The notes under the pieces: generated by a model
What the model was told of the DNA's origin: nothing
The model's input: the letters and a program-made list of their open reading frames with translations, nothing else
Databases searched by the model: none
Part shown: positions 8,780-18,748 of the stretch, one piece after another
How positions within the stretch are numbered: the stretch's first letter is position 1
Layout: the number at the start of each line of letters is the position of its first letter
Position numbers and translations under genes: made by a program
Origin: Candidatus Poribacteria bacterium
GTDB lineage: Bacteria; Poribacteria; WGA-4E; WGA-3G
Assembly: GCA_965205025.1 (NCBI GenBank)
Contig: CBDBFU010000011.1
Coordinates: forward strand, 106,653-170,652
Direction of reading: 5' to 3'
DNA length: 64,000 bases

Positions 8780-9844
8780 ATGGCATCGAAACAGAAAAAA
8801 GTCCGGGTAGCAGTGGTAGGAATGGGAATTGGTAGACCGAATGGTGCTGCACTATCAAGAAATCCAAGAGGTGAAGTGGTTGCACTTTGTGATCTGGAAG
8901 AAGAACGAATGAAAGCATTCGCTAAGGATTTACCGAGTAAAGTTGAATTCTATACTGATTACAAAAAGATGTGCAAAGCAGATGACATTGATGCTGTCTT
9001 TGTTGGAACACCAAATCAATGGCATGCACCCATCGCTATGGAAGCAATTAACAATGGAAAGCATGTGATGGTTACCAAACCGTTAGCAGATTCTGAAGAA
9101 GCTGCTGCTGAATTAGTTGATGTAGCAGAAGCATCAGATGTGGTTAATATGATGTCTCTTTCCACACGATTCGGTCGCCAATGTCAATACCTTGGTAAAC
9201 TATATCGTGATGACTATTTTGGTGAGATATATTATGCCAGAGCAAGAAGCGTCCGTAGAAGTGGTATACCTGATTGGAATCTCGGATTTATTCAGAAAGG
9301 TGGAGGTGCATTCCGAGATATGGGGGTACATGTTCTTGATTCTGTTTGGTGGATTATGGGGATGCCAAAACCCGTCTCTGTTCTTGGGGCTGCAGGTGCA
9401 AAATTCGGTCCGAAAGGTCTCGGATATTGGAAGGGAGTAAAAGCAAAGAAAGAACTCTATGAAAAATACGATTCCGATGATTATGCTGGTGGCTTCATTA
9501 CCTTTGAGAATGGTATAGGTTTACAAGTTGAAAGTTTCTGGGCATCACATCAACCTGGAGAATTTCAGATCGAACTGTTTGGAACTGAAGCTGGAGCAAC
9601 AATGGATCCACTTAAAGCCTACCGTACTGATAAAAACGGAGAATTTGAAGATATTGATCTTAAACCACCAAAAAGCAAATACGAACAGACATGGGATGCA
9701 ATCGCAGACCATTTTATTGAGTGTATTTTGGATGATGTGGAATGCCAAGCCCCCCTTCGTCATGGATTAATTGTCCAAAAAATGATGGAAGGTCTACTTA
9801 GAAGTGGTGAAACTGGACGTGAGGAACTTATTGAGGTTGAATAA
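8780..9844 (+). CDS. Gfo/Idh/MocA family oxidoreductase
   Basis: VAVVGMGIG Rossmann motif, TPNQWH, GKHVMVTKP, GGAFRDMGVH. Confidence 0.92.
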   Translation: MASKQKKVRVAVVGMGIGRPNGAALSRNPRGEVVALCDLEEERMKAFAKDLPSKVEFYTDYKKMCKADDIDAVFVGTPNQWHAPIAMEAINNGKHVMVTKPLADSEEAAAELVDVAEASDVVNMMSLSTRFGRQCQYLGKLYRDDYFGEIYYARARSVRRSGIPDWNLGFIQKGGGAFRDMGVHVLDSVWWIMGMPKPVSVLGAAGAKFGPKGLGYWKGVKAKKELYEKYDSDDYAGGFITFENGIGLQVESFWASHQPGEFQIELFGTEAGATMDPLKAYRTDKNGEFEDIDLKPPKSKYEQTWDAIADHFIECILDDVECQAPLRHGLIVQKMMEGLLRSGETGREELIEVE

Positions 9845-10545
9845 TGAGCATTGACAAATCAACATTACAAAGTGACTTTGAAAATACCGGATTCGCAATT
9901 GTACCTAATCTGTTTTCACGTGATGAAGCACAACGACTAAAGCAGGAATGTATTGATATTCTAAAGGCTGTAAAGGAAGAAACAGGGCATGAGGCAGGTA
10001 ATGGGGTATTAGTAGGATTAGCTGCGCGGAGTCCAGTATTTCAAGAAGCTGTAGGTGATGGACGTTTACTCGATGTATTAGAGAAGATACTTGCACCGAA
10101 TATCGAATTTCTAAGTGATAAAGTCGTATTTAAAAGTGAAACCATGACATTTGCAAGTCCATGGCATCAAGATTGGCACTATTGGCATGGGGCACACAAA
10201 TTCTCTATTTGGGTAGCTCTCGATGATGCTACTGTGGACAATGGTTGTCTAAAACTCTTCCCAGGCTCACATAAATCCGCAATTGTACATGATGGTGATG
10301 CAAGTGATGGATACGGTTTCGGAAATAGACTTCGACCAGATGCCGTGGATGAAAACCTTGCTGTAACCGCAGAAATAGAAGCAGGGGGTGCTGTCTTCTT
10401 TCATGACCTTACACTCCACTCAAGTCATCCGAACATCTCTGGTGAAGAACGATGGGTATGGATACCAACCTATCGTGATGCTAAAGCAGAGGATAACGAT
10501 TATCCATGGGCTGTTGCAGCGAAAGTAGTACGCGGGAATAACTAA
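9844..10545 (+). CDS. Phytanoyl-CoA dioxygenase (PhyH) family Fe/2OG oxygenase
   Basis: WHQD...WVALDDAT..NGCL...PGSH...TLHSS facial triad. Confidence 0.92.
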   Translation: MSIDKSTLQSDFENTGFAIVPNLFSRDEAQRLKQECIDILKAVKEETGHEAGNGVLVGLAARSPVFQEAVGDGRLLDVLEKILAPNIEFLSDKVVFKSETMTFASPWHQDWHYWHGAHKFSIWVALDDATVDNGCLKLFPGSHKSAIVHDGDASDGYGFGNRLRPDAVDENLAVTAEIEAGGAVFFHDLTLHSSHPNISGEERWVWIPTYRDAKAEDNDYPWAVAAKVVRGNN

Positions 10546-10716
10546 TACTATTTCTGAACATAAAAGTCTCTTTTATGTAGCATAAACTTTCAGCTTGTGC
10601 AGTATTTCAAGTTATACATAACAACTATTCATGGGATAAACATTTTTAAAAAAGGTATAACATACCAACTACAAATTACGATCACACAAGTAAAAAACTG
10701 AATTACAGGAGAGAAT

Positions 10717-11571
10717 ATGTTTAAAAATCTAAGTACTGGTGCAATTGGAATAAGTGCAAACATGCAAGAAGGTTTAGAACTGGCAAAGAATGCAGGTTTT
10801 GAAGGATTGGACATCAATATCGGTGAAGCACATCAACTGGCAGAAGAACACTCCGTACAACACGTTAAAGACTTATGGTCAGATGCTGGAATTAAGATGG
10901 GTGGTTGGGGTTTTGGTGTCAATTGGCGCGGTTCTGATTCGGATTATTATGCAGGCTTAGGTCAACTCCCTCAACGCGCCGAATTCGCTGCTGAACTCGG
11001 TTGTTACCGTACAAATTGTGTTGTTGGTCCATCATCCAACGATATGACTTTTCAGGAAAACTGGGATTTTACTGTCAAACGTCTACGTTCAATTGCTGAA
11101 ATACTCAAGGATTATGGACATTCATTAGGTCTGGAATTCATTGGACCTGCTACAAGTCGGAAGGGGGCAAAACATCTCTTTGCCTATTCAATGGATGCAA
11201 TGTTAGGATTAGCTGCAGCCATCGGTACAGGAAATGTTGGTTTATTATTTGATACATGGCATTGGTACACTTGTCACTCAACTTTAGATGATGTACGAAA
11301 ACTATCTGCATCGGATGTTGTTTATGTCCATATCAACGATGCTCCTGATGGTATTGAAACCAACGAACAGATTGACAACATTCGTTGTTTACCGGCTGAG
11401 ACAGGTGTAATTCCACTCACAGAACTGATGCAGATTCTTGCTGAAATCGGATATGATGGTCCAGTAACTCCTGAACCGTTTAGTAAGAAAATCGGGGAGA
11501 TGGAACCAGCTGACGCAGCAAAAGCAACTGCTGAATCCTTAGATCAGGTATGGGAAAACGCTGGCTTATAA
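10717..11571 (+). CDS. Sugar phosphate isomerase/epimerase (xylose-isomerase-like TIM barrel)
   Basis: LGLEF, LLFDTWH, VHIND, R.LP..G and GYDGPVTPE metal-binding motifs. Confidence 0.9.
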   Translation: MFKNLSTGAIGISANMQEGLELAKNAGFEGLDINIGEAHQLAEEHSVQHVKDLWSDAGIKMGGWGFGVNWRGSDSDYYAGLGQLPQRAEFAAELGCYRTNCVVGPSSNDMTFQENWDFTVKRLRSIAEILKDYGHSLGLEFIGPATSRKGAKHLFAYSMDAMLGLAAAIGTGNVGLLFDTWHWYTCHSTLDDVRKLSASDVVYVHINDAPDGIETNEQIDNIRCLPAETGVIPLTELMQILAEIGYDGPVTPEPFSKKIGEMEPADAAKATAESLDQVWENAGL

Positions 11572-11603
11572 GCTACAACTGAATTACATAAGAAGGACAC
11601 AAT

Positions 11604-12410
11604 GTGAACTTAATTGATAAAGATATCATTCTTGCCATTACACAAAAATGGGAAGGGGATCGGTTTCCAGATGGACGTCCACGCGTTCCTGATGACATTC
11701 TACAAAGAATGAAAGCTATTACTATTGAGCAAGCGTGGGGAGTTCTTAATGGAAACGGTTATAAATACCAATTCGCTGGTGAGTGGATGAACCTACATCC
11801 AGACAGAATTCTGGTTGGTAGGGCTGTAACCTGTGCATTTGTACCTATCCGTCCTGATTTCAATGACGCTATTTCGCAACAAGGTGAAAAAGAAGGACGC
11901 GTTGGGGGACAAAATTCTTGGGTGATTGACACACTTGTAGAGGATGATGTCATTGTTGTAGATTTATTCGGTAAAGTCAAAGAAGGCACTTTTGCAGGGG
12001 ATAACCTTGGGAACTCTATCTTTGCAAAAACCGGAACAGGAATGGTTATTGACGGTGGTATTAGAGATTTAGATGGAATTTATGAACTACCAGATTTTTC
12101 AACTTTTGTTCGAGGTGTAGATCCAACTGGTATAGCGGATGTCACACTTACCGGCATCAACATACCTATTCGTATTGATGAAGTAACAGTATTACCCGGT
12201 GATGTTGTATTAGGCAGACGTGGTGGCGTGATTTTCATACCTCCCCAATATGCACAACAGGTTGTAGAACAAGGTGAAGAGGTTAACCTACGCGACCGTT
12301 TTGGACATCAACGATTACGAGAAGGAATCTATACACCCGGTGAAATTGATAGAAAATGGAGTGAAGAAATTGAAAAGGATTTTGAAAAATGGCGGTCCAC
12401 TCAAGAATAA
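11604..12410 (+). CDS. RraA/HMG-aldolase family protein
   Basis: LVGRAVT, GDNLG, GMVIDGGIRD, V.PGDVVLG. Confidence 0.88.
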   Translation: MNLIDKDIILAITQKWEGDRFPDGRPRVPDDILQRMKAITIEQAWGVLNGNGYKYQFAGEWMNLHPDRILVGRAVTCAFVPIRPDFNDAISQQGEKEGRVGGQNSWVIDTLVEDDVIVVDLFGKVKEGTFAGDNLGNSIFAKTGTGMVIDGGIRDLDGIYELPDFSTFVRGVDPTGIADVTLTGINIPIRIDEVTVLPGDVVLGRRGGVIFIPPQYAQQVVEQGEEVNLRDRFGHQRLREGIYTPGEIDRKWSEEIEKDFEKWRSTQE

Positions 12411-12455
12411 TACTAACTACTACCTCACATCCATATTTGAAAGGTAATCTCTCAA

Positions 12456-13166
12456 TTGCGTGAATATTCTAAAATAATTGATCGGTTAAATGAACTCGAC
12501 CTACCTAAAAATATAATCGGTACAGTTCATAACTACCCTATCTTTAAACTGTACCTACAATCATCAACCAAAACACAGAAACATGTGCTAATTACAAGTG
12601 GGTTACACGGTGATGAACCTGGTGGAATTGAAGCATCATTACAGTTCCTATCAAGAGATAACTCTAATCTTCTAAAGACATTTAACTTTATTGTTATACC
12701 ATGTATCAATCCTTACGGTTATGTTCATAATACCCGTGAAAATAAAGATGGTATTGATATTAATCGTATGTTTGAGAGTGATGAGATTAGAGAAGTAATG
12801 ATTATTAAAGAAGCTTTGGATGAAACACAGTTTTCGTTTACAATTGATTTTCACGAAGATTATGATGCAACGGGTTTTTATCTATATGAAGGTAAAGATG
12901 ATGGGAAATTGATTGGACCTGAAATCGCACAACAAGCTACCTCCATCGGTCCAATTGATACGGATGATTCTGGTGAAGATACTACAAGTATAGTTAAAGG
13001 CGTGTATAATGTTTCTCCGAAATGGGGAGCAAAAGGTTTAGCACCATACCTATTAAAATACCATACTAAACATGTTCTCATCACAGAGACGCCAACTGTA
13101 TGGTCTATTGAACAACGTACTTCACTTCATTTAGGTTTATTAGATGCTGCATTGACATACTATTAA
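12456..13166 (+). CDS. M14 family zinc carboxypeptidase / desuccinylase-like
   Basis: HGDEP, INPYG...REN..GIDINR, DFHED, TETP. Confidence 0.85.
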   Translation: MREYSKIIDRLNELDLPKNIIGTVHNYPIFKLYLQSSTKTQKHVLITSGLHGDEPGGIEASLQFLSRDNSNLLKTFNFIVIPCINPYGYVHNTRENKDGIDINRMFESDEIREVMIIKEALDETQFSFTIDFHEDYDATGFYLYEGKDDGKLIGPEIAQQATSIGPIDTDDSGEDTTSIVKGVYNVSPKWGAKGLAPYLLKYHTKHVLITETPTVWSIEQRTSLHLGLLDAALTYY

Positions 13167-13177
13167 GAGGAATATCT

Positions 13178-14437
13178 ATGGAGACACAACCAAATCTATC
13201 GAATGTAAATACCGCTTCTTGTCCATCAGAATTGAAGATAACTGATATGCGTATAGTACGTACAAAAGTTGGTGGACCAATCCTAAAGTTAGACACAAAT
13301 CAAGGAATCCATGGTCTTGGGGAAGTACGGGATGGTGCCAGTCCAACTTATGCATTAATGCTGAAAAGTCGGATTATAGGAGAAAACCCGTGTAATGTTG
13401 ATAAGATATTCAGACAAATAAAGCAGTTTGGACACCATGCCCGCCAAGGAGGTGGTGTATGCGGAATTGAAATGGCATTGATGGACTTGGCTGGTAAAGC
13501 TTACGGTGTACCTTGTTATCAACTTGCTGGTGGCAAATTCAGGGATAAGATACGGTGTTATAGTGATACTCCATCTTTGAAAGACGCAGAAGCAATGGGG
13601 AACATTCTTCAGGAACGGATTGACAGAGGATTTACTTTTCTTAAGATGGATATAGGTGTTGGCTTACTACGTGGATTAGATGGCACACTTTCTGCCCCAG
13701 ATGGTAATTTAGATACAAATTCACTGATGCACCCTTTTACAGGTATTCGTCTAACAGAGAAAGGTATCAGTATCCTGTGTGAGTATGTTGAAACAGTCCG
13801 AAACATAATAGGTTATGAAATTCCATTAGCAGTAGACCATTTTGGACATATAGGTATTGAGGATTGTATTCGACTTGCAAAAGCATTAGAAAAATACAAT
13901 TTAGCGTGGTTAGAAGACATGGTACCTTGGCAATTTACAGACCAGTATGTTAGACTATCGAATTCCTGTGCAACACCAATCTGTACAGGTGAGGATATCT
14001 ACTGTAAAGAGGATTTTATGCCATTATTTGAAAGTCGGGGAATTGCAGTATGCCATCCTGATATTGCAACCTCAGGTGGCATTTTAGAAACAAAGAAGAT
14101 AGGGGATCTTGCAGAAGATCACGGAATTGCAATGGCACTACATATGGCTGGTACACCTGTATGTGCAATGGCAAGTGTTCATTGTGCTGCAGCGACTTCA
14201 AATTTTATGGTTTTAGAGAACCACTCTGTGGATAATCCGTGGTGGGATGAGATGGTAACAGGATTGCCAAATCCAATTATACAGGATGGTTATATCACAG
14301 TCCCAGATACACCTGGATTAGGTATTCAGTTGAATGAAGAGATAATCAAAGAACATCTACATCCAGATGAAACTGGATATTTTGTACCTACAACACAATG
14401 GGATAACGAACGTTCACATGATCGATTGTGGAGTTAG
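13178..14437 (+). CDS. Mandelate racemase/muconate lactonizing (enolase superfamily) protein, probable sugar-acid dehydratase
   Basis: EMALMDLAGK, LKMD, AVDH, WLED, TGED and the PGLGI C-terminal motif. Confidence 0.92.
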   Translation: METQPNLSNVNTASCPSELKITDMRIVRTKVGGPILKLDTNQGIHGLGEVRDGASPTYALMLKSRIIGENPCNVDKIFRQIKQFGHHARQGGGVCGIEMALMDLAGKAYGVPCYQLAGGKFRDKIRCYSDTPSLKDAEAMGNILQERIDRGFTFLKMDIGVGLLRGLDGTLSAPDGNLDTNSLMHPFTGIRLTEKGISILCEYVETVRNIIGYEIPLAVDHFGHIGIEDCIRLAKALEKYNLAWLEDMVPWQFTDQYVRLSNSCATPICTGEDIYCKEDFMPLFESRGIAVCHPDIATSGGILETKKIGDLAEDHGIAMALHMAGTPVCAMASVHCAAATSNFMVLENHSVDNPWWDEMVTGLPNPIIQDGYITVPDTPGLGIQLNEEIIKEHLHPDETGYFVPTTQWDNERSHDRLWS

Positions 14438-14448
14438 CGGTTGGTAAA

Positions 14449-14928
14449 TTATAGTAATTCCGATAGTTTTGATCCACACCTTGCTATTTTGATATCTGAT
14501 GAATCACCTCTAAGTACCACTCTGGAGTAAGATTTTCTCAATTGTCTAATCTCAGAATTGGAAATACCATTGTGGAGAAGTAAAGGAATGCATATAACAT
14601 CTACATTCATGGGGATATAGCCTTTAGCGAAATCAACACCACCTTTTAATTGTTTAACTGCTTTATTAGCTTCTGCATTTCCTCCCTTGAGTTCCATTGG
14701 TACTACTACAAACTTATTTGACTGGTCAAAGTAAAAGAGTACACACTCACATTGATTTTCACTATCACGTCCATCTGGATATACAGAATCAAGATCAACA
14801 ATTACTCGATCATCCTCTGAAACATTAGTTAGGTTAACTCTACATTTACCTTTTTTAAATATGTTCCCTTTAAATAAGTGCTCTTTACCGATTTTATTCC
14901 GTATACTCTGTAGTATCTTACTCTTCAC
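14449..14928 (-). CDS. Small partner of the AAA ATPase, possible restriction-endonuclease-like fold
   Basis: CECVLF...PMELKGG...AVKQL; 4-bp overlap with the ATPase stop. Confidence 0.65.
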   Translation of the reverse strand: MKSKILQSIRNKIGKEHLFKGNIFKKGKCRVNLTNVSEDDRVIVDLDSVYPDGRDSENQCECVLFYFDQSNKFVVVPMELKGGNAEANKAVKQLKGGVDFAKGYIPMNVDVICIPLLLHNGISNSEIRQLRKSYSRVVLRGDSSDIKIARCGSKLSELL

Positions 14929-16403
14929 TCGTGCTTATCTCCTGTCTTTTCCATGAGTAAGGTTCGTAGATCTACAGATTGATTGTATAACCCCTCCGCA
15001 ACTTCCCCATAATCCATCGGTTCAAAACCGTTAATTGGATCAAAAATTATTTCCTCAACTGGTTTGTCAGAATGAAACCACCATGTACCAACCTCATCTG
15101 CTGTAAGCCAAGATTCTGACTCGGTTTGATTCTCTCCTCTTTTCTTCATTTCACCAATGCGAACTAAGTTACTAATCTGTTCAAGGAACCACTCACTATG
15201 TGTTGTAATAATCACACGGACTCCTGCTCTTACTAATTTAGCTAATGTAATTGCTACTTGTGTCTGAGCACCAGGATGTAAATGGGATTCTGGTTCTTCA
15301 ATTATGAGGGTATCTCCCCGTTTAACAATTCCACGTAAAAACAAGACCAATGGAGTAAGTTCTGATACCATAGATGAGGATTGATTCATTTGAAAATTCT
15401 TATTTGTTTTATTTGGGTGATAAAGGAATTCTGGGTATGCTGACGGAGCTGTTCGGTTAACTTGTATCTTCCCTCCCAGTACCTCTTCCTCTAATTTATC
15501 TGCGATTTGTCGTATTTTATTGTCACTTCTACTTCGTTTATTTTGCTCTTTATAATGTATGATAAACTTAAGAAAATCTACAATCATACCTGAAAATGTA
15601 GATATTTCAGGAAAAAGTTCTATTCCTATACGAGATGAACGTTCTACAAGTGAACTGGCAATTACACCATGACTCTGCATAATTCCACTTCGTGCAGCAG
15701 GTAGGTAGTATGATTTTCTTCTCTGTTTAAAGAAAGAAGAATGTAGATATTCATTCAGCTCCTCAAGACCAAGTGTCTTTTGTAACTTCTTCTTACCACT
15801 AGACAATATTACTAAATCCGGATTTATGATTCCTTCTACTACGGGTTTCTTAGTACCAGAACAATTCAGACTAAAATTCCAAAGATTCTTTTTTCCATCA
15901 TCAACTTTTATAGAAACAGATAGTCGACTTGACTTATTGCCTGTATTACGTCTCAAGTTAGAGATTGACTCGTGGTCAAAACATCTCTTAAGCTCTTCTA
16001 TCAAAAAAGATGAATCCTTAAAATCTGAGATAAGATCGGTATATATTCTCTGTGGTAGATCAGAAAAAGTGAAGGGTTGATCAATATTATTCAGTTTTTC
16101 AAGAGTATTACGTATATCTTCCTTTTCTGATTCAGTTTCTGCTTCGTTAATCCTATAGAAGTAGTTTTGAATGAGAAAATAGTGTAATTGATAATGAGTA
16201 GATATAGACCAAGGAAATTGTGGAAAACCATCAAATGCACGATGCATGGCATAAATGAGTGCTGAAAGATAGGTCTTCCCTGAATTACTTTCTCCAACAA
16301 ACACAGTTAATGGACGGAGATCAATTTCAGCACTTTTTATAGGTCCAAAGTTTTGAGCTGAAACTTGAATTTTCTGATTTCTTGAACTTCTAATATTTCT
16401 CAT
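14925..16403 (-). CDS. ABC-type AAA ATPase (AAA_15/AAA_21-like)
   Basis: NFGPI, Walker A GESNSGKT, Walker B IIEEPESHLHP, TTHS. Confidence 0.9.
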   Translation of the reverse strand: MRNIRSSRNQKIQVSAQNFGPIKSAEIDLRPLTVFVGESNSGKTYLSALIYAMHRAFDGFPQFPWSISTHYQLHYFLIQNYFYRINEAETESEKEDIRNTLEKLNNIDQPFTFSDLPQRIYTDLISDFKDSSFLIEELKRCFDHESISNLRRNTGNKSSRLSVSIKVDDGKKNLWNFSLNCSGTKKPVVEGIINPDLVILSSGKKKLQKTLGLEELNEYLHSSFFKQRRKSYYLPAARSGIMQSHGVIASSLVERSSRIGIELFPEISTFSGMIVDFLKFIIHYKEQNKRSRSDNKIRQIADKLEEEVLGGKIQVNRTAPSAYPEFLYHPNKTNKNFQMNQSSSMVSELTPLVLFLRGIVKRGDTLIIEEPESHLHPGAQTQVAITLAKLVRAGVRVIITTHSEWFLEQISNLVRIGEMKKRGENQTESESWLTADEVGTWWFHSDKPVEEIIFDPINGFEPMDYGEVAEGLYNQSVDLRTLLMEKTGDKHE

Positions 16404-16409
16404 TTATAT

Positions 16410-16633
16410 ATTATATAATATTATAACCCAAATTGCTATCTTGTAGTATAAACTCATCGCACACACTTTGATAATCCATCCACGTGGTGGGATCGGTCGT
16501 TTTGCCTTCTGTCCACTAATCTGATAAAGGATCTTAGTCGGTTTACCTTCACGAGTGATTTCACACCAGAGAACCCACTGATCTAATTTTTGAGTTCTTT
16601 AGGGGCAGCCGTATATGGGTCAGTATAATTCAT
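16410..16633 (-). pseudogene. Frameshifted N-terminal remnant of a phage/plasmid primase-polymerase (NrS-1-like)
   Basis: Across two frameshifts: MNYTDPYTAAPKELK/LDQWVLWCEITREGKPTKILYQISGQKAK/TDPTTW. Confidence 0.6.
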
Positions 16634-16697
16634 ACCTAACTATTTTTACTTTACAAAATCCTTCCAAATATAGTATCCTGATTAAATCATGAAAACT

Positions 16698-16790
16698 TGG
16701 TAGAGATTCTTACCCGTGTCGCAAGGCGCGGTCTCTACCATCAACAGTCTGAAGACCGGAAGTTCGTGATCGTGGTGGTTCGTGACTTCC
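16698..16790 (+). ncRNA. Candidate structured RNA with two hairpins, family unknown
   Basis: tggtagaga...tctctacca stem encloses ccgtgtc-GCAA-ggcgcgg (GNRA loop, G-U pairs); second stem ggaagt...acttcc. Confidence 0.35.
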
Positions 16791-16904
16791 AAAGTTAACA
16801 TAACCTACAAACGCATAAATTAATATACCTAAACCAATTAAACTCTTTACTGAGTTCGTGATATGTGGGGATAATACCCCTCACGCCAAAAAGGGAGAAT
16901 ACCC

Positions 16905-17465
16905 ATGAAAAAGTTTGTCGGAATACTGATAACTCTGTTTATTATCATGACTTTCTCAGGATATACGAAACAGGAGACACCTGACGTTAAAATTGGAATA
17001 TTCGCTGATGTAAGATGTAATGACAAAAACATGAAAATATTAATTGAACGATATATTTCCAAAGAATTAAAGAGTTTAGATGGTGTCCACTTAGGACTTA
17101 CAAGTTTAGGTGAAATTGTTCTCTTTGCTGAAAATCTATCTATAACTCATTATTTGCATATCCTTGCAGTTGAAGCTGAACGGATAGGAATTGGCAAAAC
17201 TGGCGAGATAGCAGTTTCCGCTGCTTATACTGAAATTATTGATCCTGCTTCAGAACTTGCACCTGTCCTTCAATCTCGTTTATCACCTAAAACTTACAGT
17301 GACGTATCAAAAGATCTCGCTGGGAAAAAATGGCTACTATCGCTTGAAGTAATGCGTGGTCATTTTCTAAAGCTTGGTCATAAAAGAGACTTGGAAAATA
17401 TCTGTAAAAAAATTGTTAATAACTTTGATGAAACAACATTCCATTCATCACGAAAAAGCAGATGA
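16905..17465 (+). CDS. Hypothetical exported protein
   Basis: GGGAG RBS, signal-peptide-like N-terminus, 186 aa. Confidence 0.7.
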   Translation: MKKFVGILITLFIIMTFSGYTKQETPDVKIGIFADVRCNDKNMKILIERYISKELKSLDGVHLGLTSLGEIVLFAENLSITHYLHILAVEAERIGIGKTGEIAVSAAYTEIIDPASELAPVLQSRLSPKTYSDVSKDLAGKKWLLSLEVMRGHFLKLGHKRDLENICKKIVNNFDETTFHSSRKSR

Positions 17466-17679
17466 TTTATGAAACGTCATCCATTACTTGACTTTGACCC
17501 TGATACTGGTAGTCAAACACCGAAGATGGATTTAGATTAGAAAATAGGCTGTTTCGGTGTAGGCAGTTTCTATTTTTTGATTGCCCTGATTTTTTACCAT
17601 ATTTTCATAAAAGGGTGTTGAACACCTCCGTTAATCAAATCAAGATTATTATTGTAGATATATCAGATATGTTAAAACA

Positions 17680-17716
17680 TACTAAAGTTTGGACATAAAT
17701 TGTCCAAACTTTAGTA
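17680..17716. repeat. Perfect 16-bp inverted repeat related to the MITE TIR
   Basis: tactaaagtttggaca-taaat-tgtccaaactttagta, lying between convergent genes. Confidence 0.7.
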
Positions 17717-17812
17717 TAGTAATAGTTTATAATAGATAAAATTAATCACATCTATGATTGGCACAAATTTACGAGTACAGAATGCACCATTATAGCAGAC
17801 AGTTATATTAAC

Positions 17813-18601
17813 TTACCGTTTTAGATTTCCCCAAGTTGTAGTCAATTTGCCGCGGACAGAAACAACCAGTGTTTCGTTGATGATTTTCTGTATATCCGCT
17901 TCTGATAAGGCATAGTTAGCTAACATGAGTTCGTCCATACTTCCTTGAAAGAATCTTGGACAACATCCATTAGCTTCACCACCAAACCTTAAGACTCGAT
18001 CAGGCGCACTTCTACCTGGACCTTTTTGAGGAATTACTTTCCCATCGTGTTCACCGTTGAAATAAAACTTTGCTTCGCTGCCATCCCATACAAGTGCTAC
18101 ATGTGACCACTCTTTTGCTTTTATCTTCCCATCAGAAATATGATATCCTGGAGAAGTAGTGTCATAAAAATAGTATGCAAGTTGACCTGCTCCCGGTTCA
18201 ATCTGTAAATAATAACTGTTTTTATAGAAAATTGTACCTTTATTTTCCTGACCTCCAGCTGGGAGTTCATCCGGAAATATCCATGCCATCATTGTTATCG
18301 CTGCATCAATATCAATTTCATTTGAATTGGGAACTTCAATAAACTGGGACTTACCCACTTCTCCTGACATTTTTACTGCCTTCCCAAGTATCCCATCTGT
18401 CCATTTGATATCTCCGTTAATTTCTCCCTCTAAACCAGCAGTTGCGTCTTTAACTTTATTTCCACTTCCTTCATCAAAATGCCACACATATAACTTTTTG
18501 CCGAGTTGTGCCTGATTTCCTTTACCTCCAGCTGTGAACCCGTCATTGCAAATAGTTATACTTAGAAAAAGAATCAATATTATCCAAATATGGAACTTCA
18601 T
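17813..18601 (-). CDS. Secreted LamG-like jellyroll protein
   Basis: Signal peptide, WHFDEGSG, WSHVALVWDG, FQGSMDE; C-terminus VSVRGKLTTTWGNLKR. Confidence 0.9.
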   Translation of the reverse strand: MKFHIWIILILFLSITICNDGFTAGGKGNQAQLGKKLYVWHFDEGSGNKVKDATAGLEGEINGDIKWTDGILGKAVKMSGEVGKSQFIEVPNSNEIDIDAAITMMAWIFPDELPAGGQENKGTIFYKNSYYLQIEPGAGQLAYYFYDTTSPGYHISDGKIKAKEWSHVALVWDGSEAKFYFNGEHDGKVIPQKGPGRSAPDRVLRFGGEANGCCPRFFQGSMDELMLANYALSEADIQKIINETLVVSVRGKLTTTWGNLKR

Positions 18602-18675
18602 TGTGCTCCTCCATGTATGTAATTATGTTAGTATTGGTAATGTGACAGGATTAACTATAGAATTTTTGAGGTAGA

Positions 18676-18696
18676 GGGTAGGTGAATTACCTACCC
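18676..18696 (-). terminator. Intergenic hairpin between the two LamG genes
   Basis: gggtaggt-gaatt-acctaccc perfect 8-bp stem. Confidence 0.5.
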
Positions 18697-18748
18697 AAGG
18701 TTAAGTGAGAGAAGTGTTACAGTGAATTACAATATTTAAAGTAAGTAA

